From contig MU057340.1 in NCBI GenBank assembly GCA_013239625.1, positions 7,768,931 to 7,832,930 of the forward strand: a stretch of 64,000 bases of DNA, in the 5' to 3' direction. Below the pieces are notes generated by a model. The model did no database searches. It was not told where the DNA came from and was given only the letters and a program-made list of their open reading frames with translations. Origin of the DNA: Lama guanicoe. Taxonomy: Eukaryota. Position numbers and translations under genes: made by a program. Shown here piece by piece: positions 1 to 12,728 of the stretch; the stretch's first letter is position 1, and the number at the start of each line of letters is the position of its first letter.

Positions 1-1143
1 CAAAAGGCAGTCCTTGTGTCTTTCAAAATCGTGCTACAGGGTGTGAATCTTTTAATGTTGATTATCACTTGAATGGGATCACTTTTTCAGGACCCTGCTT
101 AAAGGAGGGATAAAAGTGAGTCTCAGGTAACCAGGCTCTTGCCTCACACTGAGGATGGGGAATAAACAGGGAGACTCCATAAATGCTCTGCTGTTTAATG
201 AGGATACCCAACAGGTACTTCTGGATTAGAAAAGCATCAGTGAAAAGCTGAAAGGAAACTTCACAGTCATTAGATCTTCAGGAGGCCAGTCATCATGGGA
301 TAGAGTAGCAGGTAGGGGAGGTTGAGTTAAGATATCCAGCTTGCCTGAGCCAAGCCTGTGATGGAAGGAGGTGAAGGCCTGAGGAACTGGTCCAAGTCAT
401 CCTACTAGGTGTGGAAGAACCACGCTTCATAACTCCTCTGCCTAGTCCTCCTCCCCTATGGTTTTTATTTCATCAGAGTCAGAGAGATTTAAGACATACT
501 GGATCATCTTTGAACTACAAAATTAGTAAGTTGGCTTTGGGGCAAGATTCTTCTTTGCTGCAAAACAGCTATATCCTTTAAGACATCTCAGAACTTCATC
601 TTTAATCAATGAAGCATTCAGAAACATTGGCCTCTGTAGAAATCAAAACCCCACTGTTTATGACCACTTGGAGACACCATGGTTCCTCTCACCCAACACC
701 CAATCTCAGTGAGGACAGAAGTACAGTTCACCTTATCATCCATTGTTTAAGGCTGAGAAATCTCATGCTGAAACTACAAAACGCCTTGTGGGAGATGAAA
801 ATGGTAAAGTTTGGAAGATGAAGAAAATTTTTGCAGAATCTCATGTGAATTGGATTTTGGCTTTGTGGGGCAAAGAGTGGGCGTGGGAGCATTCAGGAGC
901 GCATATAAAGGAATGGAAATAATTTGCTATTTTTAGAGACACAGAAAGACAGAGAGAAAAAAGGGAAGAAAAATCTTTTGCAGTCAGGAAATGCAAACTT
1001 TGTAGTTCGTCATAGTTTCAACATGGGTTCTTACAATGATTTATTCAATTAACCTCTTGCCTGTAGCCCCCATCTTTAGATAAGCAGAATCTGAGAACAA
1101 CAATTATAACTTTGCTAACGAGAAACTGGGTAAGTACTAAGTG

Positions 1144-1814
1144 NNNNNNNNNNNNNNNNNNNNNNNNNNNNNNNNNNNNNNNNNNNNNNNNNNNNNNNNN
1201 NNNNNNNNNNNNNNNNNNNNNNNNNNNNNNNNNNNNNNNNNNNNNNNNNNNNNNNNNNNNNNNNNNNNNNNNNNNNNNNNNNNNNNNNNNNNNNNNNNNN
1301 NNNNNNNNNNNNNNNNNNNNNNNNNNNNNNNNNNNNNNNNNNNNNNNNNNNNNNNNNNNNNNNNNNNNNNNNNNNNNNNNNNNNNNNNNNNNNNNNNNNN
1401 NNNNNNNNNNNNNNNNNNNNNNNNNNNNNNNNNNNNNNNNNNNNNNNNNNNNNNNNNNNNNNNNNNNNNNNNNNNNNNNNNNNNNNNNNNNNNNNNNNNN
1501 NNNNNNNNNNNNNNNNNNNNNNNNNNNNNNNNNNNNNNNNNNNNNNNNNNNNNNNNNNNNNNNNNNNNNNNNNNNNNNNNNNNNNNNNNNNNNNNNNNNN
1601 NNNNNNNNNNNNNNNNNNNNNNNNNNNNNNNNNNNNNNNNNNNNNNNNNNNNNNNNNNNNNNNNNNNNNNNNNNNNNNNNNNNNNNNNNNNNNNNNNNNN
1701 NNNNNNNNNNNNNNNNNNNNNNNNNNNNNNNNNNNNNNNNNNNNNNNNNNNNNNNNNNNNNNNNNNNNNNNNNNNNNNNNNNNNNNNNNNNNNNNNNNNN
1801 NNNNNNNNNNNNNN
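1144..1814. other. Assembly gap (671 N)
   Basis: Run of N. The right flank is GC/CpG-rich, as expected for a short-read gap in a CpG island. Confidence 0.97.
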
Positions 1815-2120
1815 ACCTGCCTCATCCCAACGCCACGCGCGCATCTTATCGGAGACCCGGAGCCTCGGTCCTTCTCAGCGCCGAGTGCTCGCCTACCAGG
1901 ACCTCCTTCTCCTGGGTGCTTGGTAGTGATGATTGATGAGGCGCCTGTGGTAATAGTGATTAATCATGTGTCGAACCGCCGAGTGGGCCAGTCTGGAGGC
2001 TCGGGCTCCACCTGCCCGGGAGCTGATAATTGTTCGGTTGGTGAGGGCGGAGCCTGTGGCGGAGGGCGTTGACACAGCCACCCTTAAATGAGACCATATG
2101 TCCCCTCCCGCCGTCCATTT
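1815..2120. promoter_or_regulatory. CpG-rich segment (edge of a probable CpG island) with GC box and homeodomain-type motifs
   Basis: Many CpGs (e.g. acgcgcgc, cggagacccgg) in an otherwise CpG-depleted window. GGGCGG at 2045-2050, TGATTGAT at 1930-1937, palindrome TGATTAATCA at 1957-1966. Confidence 0.6.
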
Positions 2121-2197
2121 GCCTCTTTGGCTTTCAAGAAGCCCAAATATTTGACAGCACGCAAAGGCCCAGCATTCTGGAAAGTGCACATACTTTA

Positions 2198-2345
2198 GAA
2201 CTGTGCTTCTCAAGTTTGATGCACCTTGGAGTCACCTGGGGATGTTGCTCAAACTAGTTTCTGCTTCAGTGGGTCTGGGCCTGAGATGCTGCTTTTCTGA
2301 CCGGTTGATGCTGATGCTGCAGGGAGTGTGGACCATATACTGAGG
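2198..2345. mobile_element. MER5A-like hAT-Charlie DNA transposon relic
   Basis: cttctcaagtttgatgca..agtcacctgggg..ttcagtgggtctggg..tgatgctgatgctgc..ggaccatatactgag matches recalled MER5A. Confidence 0.8.
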
Positions 2346-2727
2346 CCAGAGTTGAGACCAGCATCTTGGATAAGACGCTAAGCCTTTCTGGACCTTAGAT
2401 AACCACCTCCATAAAATGTTACAGAAGATTCAGTTCCTCCCCATTGCCTTTAGAATAACAAACTCCTTAATGCTTAAGTGGACCACAGTCTTCCTCCAAT
2501 ACCTGGAAAGCTTAAACTTGCCAGTCTCCCCACCCCTGAGAAGGGTTCAGACAGGCTGTCCACTCTGAGTTCTGAAGATCAATGCACTTCTCCAGTCTCT
2601 CGTTAGAAGAGAATTTGTCTTGGTGAGGACCAGATCCACGGCTCTAGAGGTAATTTTATAATATTGCATCATGCCTGAGAAGGACTGAGATTTGGGAAAA
2701 GCAACCTGGAGGGGCAGTCAGACTCAG

Positions 2728-2860
2728 GGATTAGAAGTCTAAGGGTCTTGAATTCAAAGTGGAAGTCTGCCATTTATGGACAAGTCACTTATTCTTGCTC
2801 TGGCTCAGTTTCCACTTCTACAAAAGTGAGGGATGTCTAATTCACCTATCATAATAAGGA
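2728..2860 (+). mobile_element. MIR SINE fragment
   Basis: ggacaagtcactt..tggctcagtttccacttctacaaaagtgaggga resembles the MIR core. Confidence 0.7.
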
Positions 2861-5800
2861 CTAGAGATAGAATTTAATGAATGATAGATGTGCATTACTA
2901 TGTATTGAAATAATCTGTGGAAAGGCTTGACATTAGATGAATACCATCCATGTGCAAGGCATCAATCCTGTGACTTTTCGATTTATTCACAAATGTTTTT
3001 CCTCTCTCTTCTCTGAGCAGTGCAATGTCACTGAGCCATGGACTTCAGGTCTAAAAGAAATCAGAGTTCACATAAAATCAGGCAGTGGGCTTTAGGAAAT
3101 CAAACATAGTTAACCTCTCCTTTCATTAGCTTTATTTCCCCAGGAAAACTGTGTTTCTGGGGAAATCTCAAAATGTATCTGATTCACCTAGAACCTTCTA
3201 ATTTCTTAGCCCAGGGAGCAAAAGAAAGGAGGAAAATGGAGCCTGATTAATTCTGTCAACACTCTACTCGATTGCTTTCTATGCTGCCCTCCTGTTGAAT
3301 GTTGGGCAGAGAGATGGCTAGATGCCAAGGGACTCTTCTGTCCTCTGTGTATGTTTCAGCCAAGATGACATTGTTGTGTCTCCCATAGACCTTCAGACTG
3401 TTGGTCACCAGAAAACATCCCCAGGCACTTTGCAATGATTAAAAAAATTTTTTGATCAGGATTTCACATTGTCCTCTTTCAATACATGGAAAAAGCTTAG
3501 TCCATTCTTAACTATCATGTTTTTCCATGTTGATATTAATTTGTTTACCAAAACAATAAAATTATCATCTCTACTTTTATGACAATCAAAAGAAAATTAG
3601 GTATTGATACAGAAAAAAAAGTCACTTTAGAGGTGTGTCTTATGGGCCAGAGATTTTCATACTGAGTTCTATGAAGCCCTAGGTTTCCAGGGAAGTGTCT
3701 TATGCTGTCTTGGAAGGGAGGGAACAAATGAGGAGGCAGAACCACAGGTTCCCCATCCTAGTCTCAATCAGGTCTGCATATATCTGTTTTATGTATTGGG
3801 ATCCCATTAAGATTTTATTTGAAAGAAGGGCACCAGGACTTTTAAAATGTTGGAAACTTTTGTTCTAGGTCAAATATCAGTGCTAACAAGGATGTTTAGA
3901 TCTCATAATTTTACAGTCCTGATACCTAAACACCATGACCTTGCTTACCGTGTCCTAATGCAGAGCCTTCACGTGCACCCCACCAGTAGCCTTCCCATTA
4001 TCCTAATGAACTGTATCCTTACAGAAAAGCAACAGAGTCCACACATTATGGTGACATCATTATTGATAAATAGCTATTGGGAACGCTGTCCATTTAGTCT
4101 TCCTCTTTGTATCGTAAAGGAGACTAGAGAAAGTGTAGAACATATGTACAGGAGATGGTTGGCCCATTTTACTCACATTGAGGGCAGCCAGGAAAGTTCT
4201 TCCAGGCTCCAAGTTTCTGTTCCCCATCATCTTTTGAGTATTGTCAAATGCCCTTCTACACTTTAATGGAGAAATCTTTCATAGGGTCACTCAAGTATGA
4301 AGCGTCTTCTCACTGTGTCTGTAGACTTTATTCACACACAGAACACTGGACTTTCTATGACTGAGGGAGAATATCTCCCTTGTGTAGCAGAAAACCACAG
4401 ATATCAGAGTCTGACAAGACTTGTATCTTTTGTTGTACCATTTATGAGGGAGATATCTTAGGTAAGCTAGCTATGTTTAATGCTCCATTTCTCCTTATGT
4501 TTTTGGGAAAACAGATCCCTCTTTATCTTTTCCCATCTAATTCATCTCATAATTGACAGCCAGCTTACATTGGCTAGTAAGTGTATTTTGGGTCCATCTG
4601 AAATGCAGTGGGGTCTTTGATAGGAAGAGCTTTTCAAAGTAGATTTCACTTCAATCTAATGCAATTCACTATTCATCTACTAAGCACCTATCTTATGTCA
4701 AGTATTGTTCAAGGTGCAGTGAGGACTACATGCAGAGGTGAGTCAAACATACATCCTGGGGTAGCAAGATGCTGACCACAGCCAAGCTGGGGAAAGAGCT
4801 ACAGTAGAAATTACACTCTGACATCATGAATGACTGGCTTCACATTCTACAGACTCTCACTCAGATTGGGATGTTTCCTCATATGCTCCACTCTCTTTGT
4901 TTTATAGAGAGGAAATCAAGGTCCTGAAATGAGGAGACCTTAAGAAAGGTCACATCTCTTTTCCCCTAGATTACAGCATTTTAAAATTTCACATAGATTT
5001 CAGCTTAAAGGACACCATATCATGCCACTTGATGGCCCATCCTGGGCAGGTTGGCACTAATTCCATATTCATTTATGCTTTAAGTCTACCTACTTTTTGT
5101 AAGTCTGGAAGCTCTGCCCACTTTTTAAAAGAATGTAACTCTCACCATTCACAGCTTTCCTATTGCATTACCATGTCTGTCCAACTCTTCCAGCAAGCCC
5201 GTGAGCACTTCCGAGCTCCTCAGAGCCCTGTGGCTACAAAGAGCTGGTGGAAGCTGATGCTGATTTCTTGCTGCAGTGTCAGTTGTGTGACCTCCCAAAG
5301 AGAGCTTCTCTAAGCCTCCTTTTTATCAAACCAACCAGAAGGGCTGGAGGCAGGGGATTTATAAATTCAGTAGTGGAGAAACTCTGCCTGGGGATGCCAT
5401 GGTGAATAGTATTTAAATAGTGTCTCAGTTCCTTAGTAGGACAGAGCTGGAATGCTCACACTCATTCTCTAGGCCGTGACTACCCATGAAGTGCACTTCT
5501 AGAGAAGATTTCAGTGCTGCATTTCCTGAGAAGCCATCATTTGCTCAACTTCTTCAGTTTGATGTAGTAACAGTCCCCACTGAAGACCGTAATATCCAGT
5601 TAATAAACAATGTATAACTTAGCCAATCTTTTGAGAAATGCTAGGTTTTGAAAATTGGCCTAGGAAAGCATATTGTGGAAGTAGAGACGCTATTTATTTA
5701 TTTACCCAGTTGCTCGTAGGCCAGACACTCTTCTGAACAGCGAGGACTGAGAAATGAGAAAGTTATGCAGTCATGACGCAATAAAGAAGACCTATAAGAA

Positions 5801-6046
5801 AACACAGGCTTGCACTTCAAGCTTGTAAGTGAAATAGTAGTATGATGTCCAAGCAGTGCCAGCATAAATATATCAATGAAAACTTCACAAAGATGTTAAG
5901 AAGCAAATTGGATTTCTAAGGATGAGTGAGTGTTCTCCAGGGGCAATTTCGGACAGAAGAAATTTCCTGAGGACTCTCATTTAGGCCTGACAGCTAGACA
6001 TTTATTTCCAAGACCCCATGAAGCCAGTTGGTCACTGAAGACCTTG

Positions 6047-6292
6047 AGGCAGTATTGTAATGATTAAAGGGAAGATTCCAAATCTAATTACCTGAATTTG
6101 GACTAGTTGTGCCAATTCTTAGCTAAATGATCCTGTATAAGTTATTTACCTCTTTAAGCCCCAGTTTCTTCATTTGTAAAATGGGTATAATAACATATTA
6201 TTATAACTTCTTAGTAGATGGTCGTAAAACTAAATACTAGAGGTAAACCATATTAATTGCTTAAGACCAACACTTGGCGTGTGGTATTTAGT
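6047..6292 (+). mobile_element. MIR SINE (near full length)
   Basis: aagttatttacctctttaagccccagtttcttcatttgtaaaatgggtataataa core, with head and tail. Confidence 0.85.
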
Positions 6293-6837
6293 ATATGTGT
6301 CCTGTATGGTTTTATTTGTCCCTTCCCTATTCAAATATCTCCATGTCACAGTGTCTGCTACTAGAGTTAACAGTGTGTTAAGCAACAGAGACCAATTAGC
6401 TTCTTAGCAAATTGTTATTAGCTCCTTGGTCCAGGAATAGCCAGAGATGTCCTGATTGCAAGCAATGTTTGCCATGGGTATGGATGGAGGAGCAGGGACA
6501 TTGTTAGCCTTTTCTGTAGGCCTTTAGGAGGTGAGGCACAGAATAAGGAAGCCTCAACAATGTAGAAGTCAGGGGAAGGCACCTGGGGAAAAGGCAAGTC
6601 TGGAACATATTGAGAAGGCAAAGCACTAGAAGGAGCAGGGCAGGCAAGAAGGGCTCAGGAGGCGGGGGTGGGAGGGATGTAAAGCAAGAAGATGGCATTT
6701 GGAAAGCTAGATTCACCAGTTTTAGAAGGATTTACAAGCTAGGGTGGTGGCACCGAAGAGAGAATTGTTGATTTGTCCGTGGGTGATATGAACAGCCCTG
6801 CAATGAAAGTATCATAAGTGTCAGGTGATGTCATGCC

Positions 6838-7180
6838 TTATTCATTCATTTACTGAACTTCTCCTGGATACCAGGAGGGAACATGGTGAGGCTTTCATGA
6901 TGTTTATATTCTACTGGGCCAGGAGCAGGGGGAGGAGAGTGATTGGGAACAGATTGCAAACATATAGTATGTTACATGTTGAATGTTATACGTACTCTGA
7001 GGAAAAACAGGACAGGGTGAGAGGAGAGAGAGTGAGAATGGGGAGAGGGATTCCATTCTGGGAGAGAGTTCAGGGAACGCCTCCCCGGCAAGATGACTTT
7101 TGTGCAGAGACATAGAGGGAGTGAGAGTGTGAGCTGTGCTGACATCAGGGGGAAGAATGTTCCAAGCAGAGGATCTGGAA
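6838..7180 (-). mobile_element. L2 LINE 3' fragment
   Basis: ttcattcatttactga tail and gggaagaatgttccaagcagagg motif. Confidence 0.7.
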
Positions 7181-7186
7181 GGGTAA

Positions 7187-7698
7187 TCATGGTAGCCGAC
7201 CTCCAAAGTGGCCCGGAAGACTTTCGCCTTCTATAATCCATGCCCCATTGTGGTCCCTTCCCACCCTGAGTAGAGCTGACTGGTATAAACGATGGAACAT
7301 TGTGGAACTAGAGTGCGACTTCCAGGCTTAGGTCATGAAAGGCATGGAAGCTCCCTCCTTGCTCTTTCTTTGGACACTCACTCTAGGGGAATCCCACTGC
7401 CATATCATGAGGACACACAAGCAACTTTGTGGAGGGGTCCACATGGTAAGGAGCTGGGTCTTCAATCAAAAGCCAGTACCAACTTGCCAACCATACACTG
7501 GAGCCATTGTGGAATTCAGAGACTGCAGCCCTGGTTTACATTCTTGACTGCGACCTCATGAGAGATTCCCGTACCAGAACCATCCAGCTAAGCTACTCGC
7601 TCATTTCTGACCCACAGAAACTATATGAGATAATAAATGCTGATTGCCATTTTAAGCCATTAAATCTTGGAGTAATTTGTTACACAGATAACATGTAT
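7187..7698 (+). mobile_element. MaLR solo LTR, MLT1F-like
   Basis: ctgccatatcatgaggacac..ggaggggtccacatgg..tgacccacagaaact..aataaatg..ttttaagcca..gtaatttgttacacag. Confidence 0.85.
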
Positions 7699-8002
7699 AG
7701 CGGTGAAAAAAATTCTTTAATCAGAATGGCTAAGGATGAGGAGTCGGCATGATGTCCCCTGGGACCCGCTCAATGATGCAGCAGGAGAAGCAGAGCAGAG
7801 ACACGGTGCCTGGGTGACGTGTTGTGTGTGTTTCCATGCCTTTTCTGATGCTCTCTCATCACACAGTTTCCTCTCACCTATCATCACACCTGGGTTAGCT
7901 TCAGGCCTAAACTAAGGTCCTACCTAATCTCTGATCCTACTTCTTGCATTAAGCATTAAACATCGTATTAGTGAACTCATGGAGGAAGAAGTGAGAGGAA
8001 CA

Positions 8003-8190
8003 TGAATTTACTGAGTTCATGTTATATGCACAACCCTTTATATGAATTTTCTAATATAACCTCCTACAACCTTTTGAGGTAGGTATTATTACTTACTTTC
8101 TATAGATAGAAAAACAGTAAAGTTCAGAATAGTTAAGGCGTTTATCCTAGGACACATAGCAAAGGGACCATTTGAATTTAAACCTCTCTA
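8003..8190 (-). mobile_element. MIR SINE
   Basis: acaaccttttgaggtaggtattatt..atagatagaaaaacag is the reverse MIR core. Confidence 0.75.
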
Positions 8191-8249
8191 AATTTAAGCT
8201 TTAGCTTTTAAGTTTTCTGTTTTTCTCTTTCACACTGCACAAGACATTG

Positions 8250-8910
8250 GTTATGGAAAATTTGGAAAGCTTAGGAATGTACAGACACAAATTATTAGTA
8301 ATCCCACAATTAGGAGATAACTGCTACTAATTTTGGGGATTAAGTATGTCTAGTTTCTTATTTAAGCATTTTTAATTGACAAAATTAGATTAGACTATAC
8401 AGTTTTAAAACTATTTTTCATCTTCTAATATGTTATAAATATTTTTTGTGTTGTTACCTACTCCTCTACAGGTAATTTTTAATGGTTGCAAGTACATTTT
8501 ATTTTTTATTAAATCAGTGTATTTAATGAGACTTTATTACTGTACATTTATGTTTGCAAATTTTCTCTATTATAAAGGATCACGCAATAAGCATACCTGA
8601 AAACAAATCTTTGTGCACATTCGTGATTATTAGGATAAAATTTTACAAATAGTATCACTTCTAAAATTTAGTTTATTATCAAGATTTAAAATTTAATTTA
8701 TTAAATTTAGGGCAAAAACTTAAGTAAGGCTTTTGACACGCATCACCAAATTGCCCTCCAGAAAGCTACCAAACCTACTCCCACCAGCAGTACACGAGAA
8801 TGCTCAGTTCTCCACACATTCATCAACATTAGAATTTGTATTATAATTTTTAAAATGCTGTTAGTCCTTTTATTTTGAATTAAACTCAGAATTTAATTTT
8901 GGATTTATGG
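8250..8910 (-). mobile_element. Ancient L1 (L1ME-like) 3' region
   Basis: ccaaattgccctccagaaag..actcccaccagcagtacacgagaatgc is a typical reverse L1M 3' motif. Confidence 0.75.
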
Positions 8911-9960
8911 GACTCTATTGATGAGTTGCTAAAAGCTTCCCTGGGAAATCTTGCTGGAGAACATGCCCACACTCATTAGAAACGTTTACAACGTTCTTGA
9001 ATCCAAGGACACATAGATAATGTAAACGTTTGTCCAGTCACTGTATTGGTGAAGTATAGAGAAGTAGGAGACACTTGCCTCCAAATATCAGCTTATAACT
9101 ATTGAGGGGGACGTGGCTAAGGAGCGGTATCCCTGCCTTTCTACTATTATTACCACCTTTCGTGGTGGTGACAGTGCTAGAGGTCAGGTCATATAAATCC
9201 AGTCCAATCTAATGTAGGGTGGTCCCATTGCAAGGTTTGTGAGAAGACTGGAGCAAGCCTATGGGGCTGTGAGGAGCCAGTCACAGTCACATGATTCTGA
9301 ATCTGTGTTAACACGGTGTACTGCCCGGGTGTCACTATCTGGGTAGGTGTTGGTGTTGCTGTGCTGTGTGAGGCACTGAATTAGGCTCTTTGCAACAGTG
9401 TCATAACCCTCATGTCACTGGGTCACATAGAAATTGAGTGGGCAGACCCAAGACTTAAATCCTGTGAATGTGACCAGATGCTTGCATTTGCTTACCCCTA
9501 GTTTTGCACCTTACTCCACAAAGTTATTGAGAACCCCTCGTGCCTCACTGGCTGGCTTGCACAGCGCCTCCTTCTGTTCATATTGCATTTGGCACCTGCC
9601 ATTGTGATGACAACAAAGTCACTACATGGTATCATGTGTCTGCATGTTGATCTCCACGCTAGTCTGTGAATGCCTTGAGAGTTATAAGGTACTTGACTCA
9701 TCTGTGCCCAGCATCTGGTATTATAATTATAATGATATGTTTTCATTAAATGTTGCCAACTAACAGAAGAGAAGGAGAGAGGGAGGGAAGAGGTGAGGGA
9801 AGAAATGAATGAGGGAAAGAAGGAACAATGGACTTGAATCTTGTCCAGTAATTTGGCTCAGGGCCCTGAAGACGACTGTGTTTCGAGGTGTTAATTCTCC
9901 CAAGTAACGGTCCATGAGAAGCAGATGCTCTACCCCAGTTCTAAATTAATAGTGGTAGCT

Positions 9961-10238
9961 AATGATTTCAAAATTGTAGAATAGATAAACAAGATTACAC
10001 TGTATAGCACAGGGAAATATACACAAAATGTTATGATAAATCACAGAGAAAAAAATGTGACAATGAGTGTGTATATGTCCATGAATGACTGAAAAATTGT
10101 GCTGAACACTGGAATTTGACACAACACTGTAAAATTATTATGAATCAATAAAAAAGTAAAAAAAATGAAAATTCTAAAGGGTAAGGCTGCTTTATAAATA
10201 AAACCTCTGTAATCTGTTTTTAATGCAAAAAAAAAAAA
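9961..10238 (+). mobile_element. Young 5'-truncated L1 3' end with 3' transduction and 13-bp TSD
   Basis: L1 3'UTR (actgtatagcacagggaaat..tgtgctgaacactggaatttgacacaacac), A-tail, 61 nt of extra sequence and a second A12. TSD aatagtggtagct at 9948-9960 and 10237-10249. Confidence 0.9.
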
Positions 10239-11419
10239 TAGTGGTAGCTGTGTCGAGTAGAGTGAATCTCCAGGAGAGACTGTCCTGAACCTGGTGGGGA
10301 GTGACTCCTTCTATGGGTGGACGACCATCCTTTCTGGAGTCTGGAGCTTTGCAGTGGATCCCAGGATCTCCTGATGACTCTAGGACAGTAGGCAGTGGTC
10401 CTATCCCCTCTGGGTAGTGGTGAGCCCTCCTTCCTGTGGGGTGCTCCCTGGGTGCCTCCTACCTTAGTCTCTAAGGTGTGCCTCCTTCCACTTTCCGTTG
10501 GAATCACCTCACTCTGGGGCCACGGCTTGCTTCCATGCTCCTGATGAAAAACCATTGTGGAAAGCATTTTCACTTAAAATCCTTCTTATGCGGAAGCAGA
10601 TCTTACTCTAACGTTCAAGGTGTCATCCTTCCAAACTTTCTCTTAAAAGTGAAAAACAAAGGCAGCACATTCTGCTCAACGTGCCAGAACATCACAGCTT
10701 TGTTGATTTCTTTTTTAATTTTTTTTTTTTGAGAAATGCTTACTTCACAGATCCTGCTAAAGAAGTCAGTGAAAGAACATTCTCTTCTCTGGTGTGGTTT
10801 AGTATAATAATTATTACTAATCACAACAATGATGAACCACATTCACTTTGAGTTATAAAAATTAAATAATAGCCATCTTAGGACTCTGTAAGGGTGTGCT
10901 GCTTCTGTAATTCCCAGAGCATGCCTGCAAACATGATCTCATTGCATTGCCACAGCAGCCAGGTGAGATGACAAAGTGTTGGTGCAATTGGTTCTATTTT
11001 CAGGCAAGATGGAAAGAGGCCAAGAGTCTTGCTCAACGTCACACAGCCTATTAGTGTCTGGTGGAGAAGAAGAGTCTGGGTCCCAGCTTTAAGAGCCCCA
11101 GGTCTTTTCCAGAACAGTTAGGACAACCTAGTCTGTCTGGCTGTGGAATTCTAAAGTCAGATCTCTGAACTTTTCTCTCCTGCCGATGCCACCAACCATG
11201 GCAAAAGCATAACTCTACAGCACTCTCCTATTCCATCTAGCCCTCCCAGTCTTTACCAGGAAGACCTGCAGGTTGTGGGCTATCAGACCAGTGGGAGACA
11301 TCTTTCCACACATGGGCAAGTTTAGCAAACAGTTCAACCTGAGACCTCATGAGAACATATTCTCTCTTCCATTGGCCTTAAGACAGAACCTGGGCTCTGG
11401 GGACAGTAAAATTGCCCTT

Positions 11420-11600
11420 AAATACAGACTGATTCTTACTGTGTGTGACCTTGGAGAAGGTACCTCTCCTAGCCTGTTGTTCCATGTAAAATTTGTCTGA
11501 TAATGCAATGCATTGCAGAGATAGTTTTTGACAATTAAACAGGATAAAAAGCCCTCAGTGCATAGCAAGCACTCAACACATCTTAGCCATTACTAATGTT
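11420..11600 (+). mobile_element. MIR SINE fragment
   Basis: cttactgtgtgtgaccttgg..gcaagcactcaacacatcttagccatt. Confidence 0.7.
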
Positions 11601-11766
11601 ATTGTTACCAGGTAGGATGGAAATTCATCCAGAGACCCCATTTGTGTCTTTGGGCCTCAGTCATTTGGACCCCAAAGATGATAAAATGCTGATGCCACCA
11701 CAAAGTCATAAAGCCCCTAAACATGGAACTGAGTGAGGTTTCCAGAACTTGCCAGCCCAGTCTTTG

Positions 11767-12256
11767 GTATTACATTAGCTTCCTATTGCTGCTGTAACAG
11801 ATTACCACAGACTTAGTGGCTCAGAACAACACAGATTTATTATCATACTGTTTTATAGGTCAGAAATCTGACATGGGTCCCACTGGGCTTAATTCTAGGT
11901 GTTATCCAGGCTGTACTCTTTCCTGAAGGCTCCAGTGAGAATTGGTTTCCTTGCCTTTTCCAGTTTTTAGAGTCTTCTGCATTCCCTGGCTCCTAGCCAC
12001 CTTCTTTTATCACCTAAGACCCAGCAACAGTGGGCTGAGTCCTTCTCATATCGCATTAACCTGGCCTCTTTTGTTCCCCTTCATCTACTTTTAAGGACCC
12101 TGTGATTACATTGGGCCCACCCAGATAGTCCAGGATAATTTTGTATCTTAAGTTCAGCTGATTAGCCGCCTTAATTCCACCTGCACCCATAATTCCCTCA
12201 GTTCTGTGAATTAGGACATGGGCATTTGGGGAGGGGGCATTATTCTGTCTACCACA
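11767..12256 (-). mobile_element. MaLR solo LTR (MLT1C/D-like)
   Basis: ttcctattgctgctgtaacagattaccacagacttagtggct..ggaccctgtgattacattgggcccacccagata..ttattctgtctaccaca. Confidence 0.88.
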
Positions 12257-12549
12257 GATATATGAGCTCTTCTCACTGTGTTATAATGTGGAAGCAGAGC
12301 CCAGCACCTGGGAGCCACTGCAAGGACAAAGGGATGGAGAAGGTCACGGGTCCAAGAAAACTGGTCCTCAGATCAGGATTGTTGTTTCTTGCCAACTACC
12401 TGCTGAACAGTTTACATACATATTCCCTCTAATCCACACAATCATATAAAGTAAATATTATTGCCTTTATTTTACATAAGGAACCTGAGACTCAGAGGGA
12501 CTCATTTATCCAAGGGTTTGAAGTGAAGTTTGAGTCCCAAAGCCTACAA

Positions 12550-12728
12550 AGGTGTTTCTCAAAGAATGCTCTAAGCATCTGCATCACATCTCTTTGTGGG
12601 GGCACTTGTTAAAATGCAGATTCCTGGAATCCATATCTGCATGTCCTGGTTTAGTGAGTGTAGAAAGACTCAAGGATCTGCATTTAACAAACCCCCTGGG
12701 AAAGCAGGTGATTCGACATCCACTAAAT
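12550..12728. mobile_element. MER5-like hAT relic (interrupted near its end by an L1 fragment)
   Basis: cttgttaaaatgcagattcctgg..atctgcatttaacaa..caggtgattc. Confidence 0.75.

Noticed and set aside
1112-1936. Long ORFs spanning N-runs (also at 20858-21395, 38783-39070, 53174-53593)
   Set aside because: Artefacts of translating gaps as X.
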